15,132 bases of DNA from an uncultured Deinococcales bacterium (lineage in GTDB: Bacteria; Deinococcota; Deinococci; Deinococcales; JAAFIG01). The stretch is taken from NCBI GenBank assembly GCA_964247135.1, contig CAXTTL010000118.1, positions 1-15,132 on the forward strand, in the 5' to 3' direction. Made by a program: the position numbers and the translations under genes. Below, piece after piece: positions 8,368-15,132 of the stretch; the stretch's first letter is position 1, and each line of letters begins with the position of its first letter. The notes beneath the pieces are model-generated. The model was given only the letters and a program-made list of their open reading frames with translations, did no database searches and was not told the DNA's origin.

Positions 8368-9993
8368 ATGCAACGCACATCCTCTCAAACCAGAGCTAAA
8401 ATCTCGAGTTTCAAACCTCGGGTGGGTCGTCCCGCGCCAAAAACGTTTTTGATTCCGGCGCTTCTGGCGTGTTTGGCGGTCTTGATTCCGTTGGCGTACC
8501 TGGTATTGCGGGCGCTCGAGGCGAATCCAAAAGACTTGCTCGAGATTGTTTTCAGGTTGCGCAACCTCGAGTTGTTGGGGAAGACCGTGGCGCTTGGCTT
8601 GGGCGTGGTGCTGGCTTGCAGCCTGATTGCCCTGCCGCTGGCTTGGTTGACCGCCAGAACCAACATTGCCGCCAAAGGTGTCTTGACCCTGATCGGTGTC
8701 TTGCCGCTCGCCGTTCCAGGGTATGTCGGCGCGTATGCCATGCTCGCCGCGACGGGTCAAAACGGGGTGCTCGAGAAAATGTTTGGCATCAATATTCCCA
8801 GACCCGAAGGTTATTTTGGGGCGCTCGGCGTGCTGGCGTTGTTCAGTTTTCCGTATTTGTATTTAAACCTCTGGAATGCCCTGCGCGGACTTGACCCGAG
8901 CCTCGAGGAATCAGGGCGCAGTTTGGGATTGTCTGCCTGGCAAGTCTTTTGGCGCGTGATCCTGCCGCAATTGCGTCCCGCTTGGTTGTCTGGCGCGTTG
9001 TTGATCGCCTTGCACGTTTTGGGCGATTTTGGCGTGGTGTCCTTAACCCAATACGAGACTTTCTCGAGCGCCATTTATGTTCAATACAATGCCGCCTACG
9101 ACCGCGTTTATGCCGCTTGGCTCGGCTTGATGCTGCTCGCCATCACCGTCGGCACGCTCGCGCTCGAGTCACGGTTTTTGCGCAACATTCGCCTCTCGAG
9201 GGTCGGTTCTGGCGTGGCGCGACATCAAAGCATGGCGCAGTTGGGAAAATGGACGCTGCCCGCCTTTGGTTTTGTACTCGCCATCGCCATTGCAACCTTG
9301 GTGATTCCGCTTGGCACCATCGTTTACTGGTTGCTCGGCAGTGCCGCGCCGGATTGGCAAGCCTTGTTTTTCGCCGTGCAAAATTCGGCTTTCGCCGCCG
9401 CGCCAACTGCCCTGGTTGCCACCTTTTTTGCCGTGCCGCTGGCAATTTTGGGAACCCGTTACGGTGGTACGTTTACACGCCTGCTCGAGCGAAGCGCTTA
9501 CTTGGGTTATGCCACGCCGCCGCTCGCCTTGGCGTTGGCGTTCGTCTTTTTCAGTTTGCGGGTGATTCCAGATTTGTATCAAACCCTGAGCTTGCTGGTG
9601 ATCGCCTTGACCATTCACTTTCTTGCCGAAGCCATCGGACCGATTCGCGCCAGCTTGTTGCAAGCCAACCCGAAGCTCGAGGAAGCCGCCCGAGGCTTGG
9701 GATTCACTTCACTTCAAGCCTTCGCCAGGGTGACCTTGGTGCTGATTCGTCGCGGATTGCTGACCAGTTTGGCGTTGGTGTTTTTATCGTGCCTCAAAGA
9801 ATTGCCGATCACCTTTTTGCTGTCCCCCATCGGTTTTGATACCCTCTCGAGACAAATTTTTGGTTTTACCTCCGAATCCATGTTTGCCCAAGCCGCGCCG
9901 TATGCCCTCGCCATCGTGATCGCCTCGAGTTTGATGGTCGGTCTGGTTTTGAGGCAAGAACAAGCCAGCAACGTTGTTAGAAAGTCTCCATGA
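8368..9993 (+). CDS. Fe3+-type ABC transporter permease (FbpB/FutB-like, fused double domain)
   Basis: Two EAA loops (LEESGRSLG and LEEAARGLG), LPLAVPGYVGAY, and LKELPITFLLSP. The start is uncertain; ATG 8368 was chosen. Confidence 0.9.
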   Translation: MQRTSSQTRAKISSFKPRVGRPAPKTFLIPALLACLAVLIPLAYLVLRALEANPKDLLEIVFRLRNLELLGKTVALGLGVVLACSLIALPLAWLTARTNIAAKGVLTLIGVLPLAVPGYVGAYAMLAATGQNGVLEKMFGINIPRPEGYFGALGVLALFSFPYLYLNLWNALRGLDPSLEESGRSLGLSAWQVFWRVILPQLRPAWLSGALLIALHVLGDFGVVSLTQYETFSSAIYVQYNAAYDRVYAAWLGLMLLAITVGTLALESRFLRNIRLSRVGSGVARHQSMAQLGKWTLPAFGFVLAIAIATLVIPLGTIVYWLLGSAAPDWQALFFAVQNSAFAAAPTALVATFFAVPLAILGTRYGGTFTRLLERSAYLGYATPPLALALAFVFFSLRVIPDLYQTLSLLVIALTIHFLAEAIGPIRASLLQANPKLEEAARGLGFTSLQAFARVTLVLIRRGLLTSLALVFLSCLKELPITFLLSPIGFDTLSRQIFGFTSESMFAQAAPYALAIVIASSLMVGLVLRQEQASNVVRKSP

Positions 9994-11027
9994 GTTTACT
10001 CAGCATCAAAAACCTTTCCAAAAGTTTTCACCGCTCGGGTACACCCACCGTCAACGACATGGGTTTCAACCTCAAGTCGGGACAAATTGTGGCACTGCTT
10101 GGACCCAGCGGTTGCGGCAAAACCACGACCTTGCGGCTGATTGCCGGTTTTGAGCGCCCAGATGCAGGCAGCATTTCGCTCGAGGATTCGGTCTTGTACG
10201 GCGCTGGTGTGGACGTGCCGCCCGAACGTCGCGGCATCGGTTTTGTCTTTCAAGATTACGCGCTGTTCCCGCATCTGACCGTGCTCGAGAATGTCACGTT
10301 CGGACTCTTAAACCTCAAAAAACCAGAACGGCTCGAACGCGCTCGAGAGGTCTTGGGCATGGTCGGATTGCTGGTGTTTCAAGACCGTTTGCCCTCGCAA
10401 CTTTCTGGCGGGCAGCAGCAACGGGTGGCGCTGGCGCGGGCGCTCGCGCCGCATCCAAAACTGATTTTGCTCGACGAACCATTCTCGAGCCTGGACGCGA
10501 ATTTGCGTGCCAGCACGCGTCTCGAGGTGCGGCGGATTCTCGAGGCTTTTGGCGCCACGGCGCTCTTGGTCACGCACGATCAAGAGGAAGCCATGAGTTT
10601 TGCCGACCGCATTATTGTCATGCGCGACGGCTCGATTGAACAAGACGGCACCCCCGAAAGTGTTTACGGGCAACCTCGAACGGCGTTCGTCGCCAATTTT
10701 CTGGGGCGCACCAATTTGATTCCCGCTCGAGCCTCAGGAAGCTTTGCCATGGGTATTTTGGGACTTGTGCCGCTTACGCACTCCGCAAGCGGTCCTGTGA
10801 TGCTCTCAGTGCGCCCTGAGAGCCTGAAGCTGGGGTCTGAGGGACTGGCGGCAAAAGTCACCGCCCGAGAGTTCAAAGGACACGATTTAACCTACACGCT
10901 TGAGGCTGGGAACGTGCAACTGGTCGTGCAAACCGATCACACAAATTCCTTGCAGGTTGGTGATGGCACGTTCGTCAAACTCGAGGGTCCAGCCGTGGTG
11001 GTTCGCGGCAGCGAAAAAAAGATTTGA
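9990..11027 (+). CDS. Fe3+/polyamine-type ABC transporter ATP-binding protein (FbpC-like) with C-terminal TOBE-like region
   Basis: Walker A GPSGCGKT, FQDYALFPH, LSGGQQQR signature, Walker B LLDEPFS, and VTHDQEEA. ATGA overlap with the permease. Confidence 0.93.
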   Translation: MSLLSIKNLSKSFHRSGTPTVNDMGFNLKSGQIVALLGPSGCGKTTTLRLIAGFERPDAGSISLEDSVLYGAGVDVPPERRGIGFVFQDYALFPHLTVLENVTFGLLNLKKPERLERAREVLGMVGLLVFQDRLPSQLSGGQQQRVALARALAPHPKLILLDEPFSSLDANLRASTRLEVRRILEAFGATALLVTHDQEEAMSFADRIIVMRDGSIEQDGTPESVYGQPRTAFVANFLGRTNLIPARASGSFAMGILGLVPLTHSASGPVMLSVRPESLKLGSEGLAAKVTAREFKGHDLTYTLEAGNVQLVVQTDHTNSLQVGDGTFVKLEGPAVVVRGSEKKI

Positions 11028-11035
11028 GAAAACAG

Positions 11036-11064
11036 TTTAAATCTTGACCAACCTCGAGTACACT
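11036..11064 (+). promoter_or_regulatory. Possible sigma70-type promoter for the unknown membrane protein
   Basis: TTTAAA (11036-11041), 17-bp spacer, TACACT (11059-11064), followed by GGAGG RBS at 11072-11076. Confidence 0.35.
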
Positions 11065-11082
11065 TCACCCTGGAGGTGTTCG

Positions 11083-12483
11083 ATGCAGCAAGTTCAGCCC
11101 AGAAGTTCAAGCCTCAACTTCAAACCCATTTTGACCACCGTGGGCGCGTTGACCGTGGTCGTGGCGCTGGTCAACTGGGGCGGCACCGCCAAGCCAGGAC
11201 CGATGTTCGTGCTCGGCGTGGGCGTCTTGACCGCCATGCTTGCCGCCCTCGGCGCTGCAATCTGGTACCTGTTCGTTTCAAAGCTTCCGACAAATGCTCG
11301 GGTCGCCCCAACCCGCTCGAGCCTGATGACCCGTTCTCTGGCGGGTGTGCTCGCCGTCTCGAGCGGACTGATGTTCTCGGTGGCGCTGGTCTGGGATGAA
11401 ACCTGGCATCACCGTTACGGCGGTTTTGGCAACGATTTTTTGTGGTCGCCGCATTTTTTGCTTTACGGCTCACTGGCGATTCTGGCGTTTTTTGCCAGCG
11501 CCGGAATCTTGTTTCTGGCATTGCAAGGTCAGGGCGGCATCCGCGAACGCTTCCGCGCCGAACCTTTGATTGGCTTGCTGGCATTGATCGCCCTGTTTCA
11601 AACCGCCGCCGCGCCATCGGATTTGCTGTGGCACAAGATTTACGGCGTTGACCTGACCGCATGGAGCTTGCCACACCTGATGCTTTTCGGCGGCGTGTCT
11701 TTTGTCATGATGTGCGCCGTTCCACTGACCCTCTCGGGCGTCCCGCAAGCCGCCTGGCGCGGATTGCAAGCTTTAAGACTCCAAGAATGGCTGGCAATTG
11801 CGCTGTTCAGTTTTGCGGGCACACTCATGATGATCGTGCTCGCCGCCGAATGGGAGGGTATTTCCAGCCTGCCCGATTTTGGCTCGAGTAACCTTCGCGC
11901 CTTCTGGCAACGCCCAGAATGGTTGTACCCCGTGGTGCTCATCACCTGCGGCGGATTCCTGGGCAGCGTCGCGCAAAACGCCCTCAAACGTGTCGGCGTC
12001 TCGAGCATCGTTGGCATTTTAATTGTGCTGCATCGCTTGGTGACCGTCGCCATTTTTGGCGGGGCGCAAGAAGGTCTGGCGGCAAACTCTCAACTGATGG
12101 TGCTGCCCGTGTTCGTGCTGCTTGATCTTTGGCAATTCTCGCGCCTGCAACGAAAACGTCAACCCGCCTGGAGCGCCAGCGGCGCCATGATCGTCGCCGC
12201 CGCATCATTAATCATCATCTTGCCTGCCATCTCGAGCCTGCTGATTTACCCCAGAATCAACGCCTCCACCTTGCCCATGATGATCGTCATGAGCCTCATC
12301 ATGATGCTTGCCTCGAGTTGGGCGGGATCGAACCTCGGCGCATGGCTCTCAACCCTCGGAGAGCGCCCGAACGCCCTTGAAGCCACACCAAGAAACTCGA
12401 GTGTTGTGCCAGCGGCGGGCGTTCTGACGGCACTCGTTTTGGTCGCCGTCGCCATTTTGACCGCCAAACCACCGACGCTCTGA
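11083..12483 (+). CDS. Hypothetical polytopic membrane protein with two DxxWH...PH motifs
   Basis: GGAGG RBS before ATG 11083. About 12 or more hydrophobic segments. Motifs WDETWHHRYG...WSPH and SDLLWHKIYG...WSLPH. Confidence 0.85.
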   Translation: MQQVQPRSSSLNFKPILTTVGALTVVVALVNWGGTAKPGPMFVLGVGVLTAMLAALGAAIWYLFVSKLPTNARVAPTRSSLMTRSLAGVLAVSSGLMFSVALVWDETWHHRYGGFGNDFLWSPHFLLYGSLAILAFFASAGILFLALQGQGGIRERFRAEPLIGLLALIALFQTAAAPSDLLWHKIYGVDLTAWSLPHLMLFGGVSFVMMCAVPLTLSGVPQAAWRGLQALRLQEWLAIALFSFAGTLMMIVLAAEWEGISSLPDFGSSNLRAFWQRPEWLYPVVLITCGGFLGSVAQNALKRVGVSSIVGILIVLHRLVTVAIFGGAQEGLAANSQLMVLPVFVLLDLWQFSRLQRKRQPAWSASGAMIVAAASLIIILPAISSLLIYPRINASTLPMMIVMSLIMMLASSWAGSNLGAWLSTLGERPNALEATPRNSSVVPAAGVLTALVLVAVAILTAKPPTL

Positions 12484-12633
12484 CACCCAAAAATAATCGT
12501 ATACCCAAACATGAAATTGCACTGTGAAATTTCTCGAGGCGCAATTCACAAAGCGGGTGTAGATTGATTTCACCGGCTTTACTACCTCAACCAAATCCTT
12601 TTCTTATGGCGAAGCCGGATTGAAAGGGGCATC

Positions 12634-13179
12634 ATGAACGTTTACAAGCTTGTAGGGCAAAACGTTGAAGTCACCGACGGAATGCGCGACCACGTTCAAA
12701 CCAGACTCGAACGGCTAGAGCGTTTCAGTCAACACATTGTGGACGCCAAAGTCGTGTTGCACGTCAAAGCCTCGAGCGAAGCCAACCGAAAAAACCGCGT
12801 CGAAATGCAGCTCAACGTTCCGCACGGCATTATTCGCGCCGAAGAAGCCAGCCACGACATGTACTACGCCATCGATGCCGCCACAGAAGTGCTCGAGCGT
12901 CAACTGAAAAAATTTAAGGACAAGTTCGTGACCCGAACCCACCGCCCAGACGCGCCCCCGCCTGAGACGGCAACCGATTTTGATGACAGCGAAGAGTTCT
13001 TGCCGCAAATTGTGCGCAACAAACGCTTTGAACTTCGCCCGATGGATGTCGAAGATGCCGCTGCGCAAATGGAAGCTTTGGGACACGATTTTTACGTGTT
13101 CAGCAATCCCAAAACCCAGAATGTGAACGTGGTGTACAAGCGTCGAGATGGGCATTATGGCTTGATCGAACCGCATTGA
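12634..13179 (+). CDS. hpf: Ribosome hibernation promoting factor, long form (RaiA/HPF)
   Basis: GQNVEVTDGMRDHV, DMYYAIDAATEVLERQLKKFK, and C-terminal domain PMDVEDAAAQMEALGHDFYVF...VVYKRRDGHYGLIE. Confidence 0.95.
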   Translation: MNVYKLVGQNVEVTDGMRDHVQTRLERLERFSQHIVDAKVVLHVKASSEANRKNRVEMQLNVPHGIIRAEEASHDMYYAIDAATEVLERQLKKFKDKFVTRTHRPDAPPPETATDFDDSEEFLPQIVRNKRFELRPMDVEDAAAQMEALGHDFYVFSNPKTQNVNVVYKRRDGHYGLIEPH

Positions 13180-13193
13180 GTTTGAAGCTCGAG

Positions 13194-13231
13194 AAACCAG
13201 AAAACCCCGTGATGAACGGGGTTTTTGGTTT
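13194..13231. terminator. Bidirectional terminator-like hairpin (hpf terminator); copy 1 of the CCCCGTGA..CGGGG repeat family
   Basis: AAACCAGAAAACCCCGT-GATGA-ACGGGGTTTTTGGTTT, 15 bp after the hpf stop. Confidence 0.85.
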
Positions 13232-13282
13232 GTAAATCTAGTTCGTTTTATAAACTCGGGATCAAGCATCAAGATGTTCTTG

Positions 13283-13470
13283 TGAAACCGAATGCTAAAC
13301 TCGAGGCAGCCTTGAAAAGTGCTAAACCTCCGATGACTGCTGAAATGTTGGATCGGAAGATATACAACACTGAGGATGAAAGAATGGCTTTTCAAGATGC
13401 AATGACTGAGATTCAAACTGAAAAAGATCAAGCTCGAGGGGAAATTTTGCTTGTTGAAATGGAGAAATAA
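13283..13470 (+). CDS. Small acidic hypothetical protein or gene remnant, translationally coupled to the HEPN gene (start uncertain)
   Basis: Open frame ...KPNAKLEAALKSAKPPMTAEMLDRKIYNTEDERMAFQDAMTEIQTEKDQARGEILLVEMEK. TAATG overlap with the next gene. No clear RBS or start codon. Confidence 0.4.
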
Positions 13471-14237
13471 TGCCTGGAAAGAATCTTGAAGAGATGGAAG
13501 AAATTTTACGCAACATTGGAGAAACCTCAGAAGAAATAGCGAACTTTAAGCAAGAATTTGGAAAAACCCCTGAAGACATGAAGGCAATTTTACGCGAATC
13601 TGGAAAATTTGGTGAAGAAATAGTTAAGCGTTTTGGTTCAGATTTTCATAGAGTAAATAATTTGTTAACAGCTTATGATGTTCTATCGATGGTAGAAAAT
13701 GTTAACAGAGATGATATTTTAAGAAGTGCTGTAGTTTTATTACACGCTATTTTAGAGGATACACTAAGGACAAATGCAGTTGTAATTTACCCAACTTTAT
13801 CAAAGGAAGTGATCGATACTATCCCACTGGCAGGGTTTCAGAAACGCCCTGGAAAGATTTCACTAGGAGATTTAGCGGAATTTCGAGGGAAAAATACCGA
13901 TGAAATAATCAAGGAATCTGTTTATACATATTTTCAAGAATCTAATTTTAATAGCACTAGAGATATTGCTGATCTTATAACTAAAATTGGTCTTAATTGC
14001 GATGAATTCAGGCAATATTTTCCGTTACTAAGTGATATGATCAGTAGAAGACATAGAATTGTCCATCTAGGTGATAGAATTGAATTATCAATTGACGAAA
14101 ATTTACATCCAGAAAATATTGAAAAGAGTTTAGTTTTACTATGGATTACAAATACTTGTAGATTCGTGTTTAGCTTTACTCAAAATGTTTTTAAGATTCG
14201 TTACCGTGAATTTTATATTGCACAAGGGTGGGAATAA
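13470..14237 (+). CDS. HEPN-domain protein (RiboL-PSP-HEPN/MAE_28990-like), predicted RNase or toxin
   Basis: DILRSAVVLLHAILED helix, S-N-F-N-S segment, and RRHRIVH (R-x4-H) at 14046-14066. GGAG RBS. Strongly AT-rich relative to the flanks. Confidence 0.75.
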   Translation: MPGKNLEEMEEILRNIGETSEEIANFKQEFGKTPEDMKAILRESGKFGEEIVKRFGSDFHRVNNLLTAYDVLSMVENVNRDDILRSAVVLLHAILEDTLRTNAVVIYPTLSKEVIDTIPLAGFQKRPGKISLGDLAEFRGKNTDEIIKESVYTYFQESNFNSTRDIADLITKIGLNCDEFRQYFPLLSDMISRRHRIVHLGDRIELSIDENLHPENIEKSLVLLWITNTCRFVFSFTQNVFKIRYREFYIAQGWE

Positions 14238-14266
14238 ACCCCTAAAGAATTAGATAAAAAGATTTT

Positions 14267-14303
14267 GAGAAATAATAAAACCCCGTGATGAGCGGGGTTC
14301 TCA
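14267..14303. terminator. Terminator-like hairpin between the convergent HEPN and SDR genes; copy 2 of the repeat family
   Basis: AAAACCCCG-TGATGAG-CGGGGTT at 14277-14299, 22/23 identical to 13201-13223. Confidence 0.8.
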
Positions 14304-14314
14304 GTTGCACAAGA

Positions 14315-15049
14315 TCAAGTCAACGATTCAGCCATCGTCCGCATCTGAATCTCAATAATCCTCGAGTTGCTCGATTGCGTACACGCCAGCAAAGTTGCGG
14401 CTGCCACATCTTCAGGCTCGAGCATGTTGGAAGCTGCCACGCCGTCTTCGGTGCGTCCTTTGCCGATGGCGAATTCGGTTTTGACGCCACCAGGACAGAT
14501 CACACCGACTTTAATGCCGTGCGGACGTAATTCTTTGTCGAGCGCTTGGGCAAATCCAACCTGCGCAAATTTGGTGGCGCAGTACACGGCTTCGCCTGCG
14601 AAACCGTAAATGCCTGCCATGCTCGAGATCATGATGACCGTGCCTGATTTTTGCTCGATCATGCTGGGTACAAGATGACGGGCGAACAAGAAGGTGGATT
14701 TGACGTTGGAATCCATCATTTCGTCGTAATCCTCGAGGCTGGTGTCCACCAGGTTTTTGTAATTGCCGACGCCTGCGTTGTTGATCAAAATATCAACGTG
14801 TCCAAAACTTTCAATGGCGGCTTTTTGCGCCGCGATGGCGGTTTGTTCCTCTCGAGCGTCACCTTCGACCGCAACGGCTTGACCGCCTGCGGCTTGGATG
14901 GCTTTGACCATTTCGTCTAAACGCGTTTTGCGTCGTGCGACCAACACCAGTTTTGCGCCCTCGGCGGCGAACGCCTCGGCGCAAGCTTTACCAATGCCTG
15001 CACTTGCACCTGTGATAACTGCGACTTTTCCTTCAAGCTTGTTTCCCAT
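14315..15049 (-). CDS. Short-chain dehydrogenase/reductase (SDR)
   Basis: TGASAGIG, NNAG, SS and YCATK catalytic motif. AAGG RBS upstream. Confidence 0.95.
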   Translation of the reverse strand: MGNKLEGKVAVITGASAGIGKACAEAFAAEGAKLVLVARRKTRLDEMVKAIQAAGGQAVAVEGDAREEQTAIAAQKAAIESFGHVDILINNAGVGNYKNLVDTSLEDYDEMMDSNVKSTFLFARHLVPSMIEQKSGTVIMISSMAGIYGFAGEAVYCATKFAQVGFAQALDKELRPHGIKVGVICPGGVKTEFAIGKGRTEDGVAASNMLEPEDVAAATLLACTQSSNSRIIEIQMRTMAESLT

Positions 15050-15090
15050 AAATACCTTCTTTCTCGAGATGATCCGAATAAAGCCGTGAA

Positions 15091-15123
15091 AAACAAAACC
15101 CCGCTTTCACGGGGTTTTTGTTT
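15091..15123. terminator. Terminator-like hairpin; copy 3 (inverted) of the repeat family, probably ending a minus-strand gene beyond the window
   Basis: AAACAAAACCCCG-CTTTCA-CGGGGTTTTTGTTT. The reverse complement reads AAAAACCCCGTGAAAGCGGGGTTTT. Confidence 0.8.
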
Positions 15124-15132
15124 GGCTCGGAA

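Larger units (their letters stand above)
171..15068. repeat. Highly iterated palindromic hexamer CTCGAG, dispersed
   Basis: About 108 copies by manual count, from 171 to 15063, in coding and intergenic DNA. Confidence 0.95.

Noticed and set aside
8949-9839. 296-aa Arg-rich alternative-frame ORF
   Set aside because: Off-frame product inside the ABC permease, typical of GC-rich coding DNA.
12715-13431. 238-aa minus-strand ORF
   Set aside because: Antisense to hpf and crosses a terminator; no motifs.
13191-14301. IS element or integron cassette
   Set aside because: No transposase or integrase, no terminal inverted repeats, and the hairpins lack attC RYYYAAC/GTTRRRY organisation.
171-15068. 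CTCGAG sites as XhoI cloning or ligation artefacts
   Set aside because: The sites lie inside intact, in-frame conserved genes such as purU, hpf and mobA with no breaks in homology.

Overview
A bacterial chromosomal window of about 52-55% GC. The gene style suggests Deinococcota, but that is an inference. Gene content, in order: a PAP2 phosphatase running off the left edge; a DUF1304-mobA pair; a minus-strand five-gene cluster (small ORF, tandem GNAT, Ste24-type M48 peptidase, small XRE regulator, membrane protein); purU; an orphan NMT1/THI5-family substrate-binding protein; a D-2-hydroxyacid dehydrogenase; Fe3+-type ABC permease and ATPase; a large unknown membrane protein; long HPF; an AT-rich insert carrying a HEPN-motif gene; and an SDR. 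Four signals stand out. (1) The palindrome CTCGAG occurs about 108 times by manual count against about 4 expected, which resembles HIP1 behaviour, and it is absent from the AT-rich HEPN gene. (2) The HEPN cassette lies between two direct copies of a terminator/REP-like hairpin 1076 bp apart. (3) The unknown membrane protein has two D-x3-H-x13/14-H motifs spaced like the PmoC/AmoC copper sites. (4) Four TGTCA-N8-TGACA-type boxes with 21-22 bp period lie upstream of the GNAT/M48/XRE cluster.
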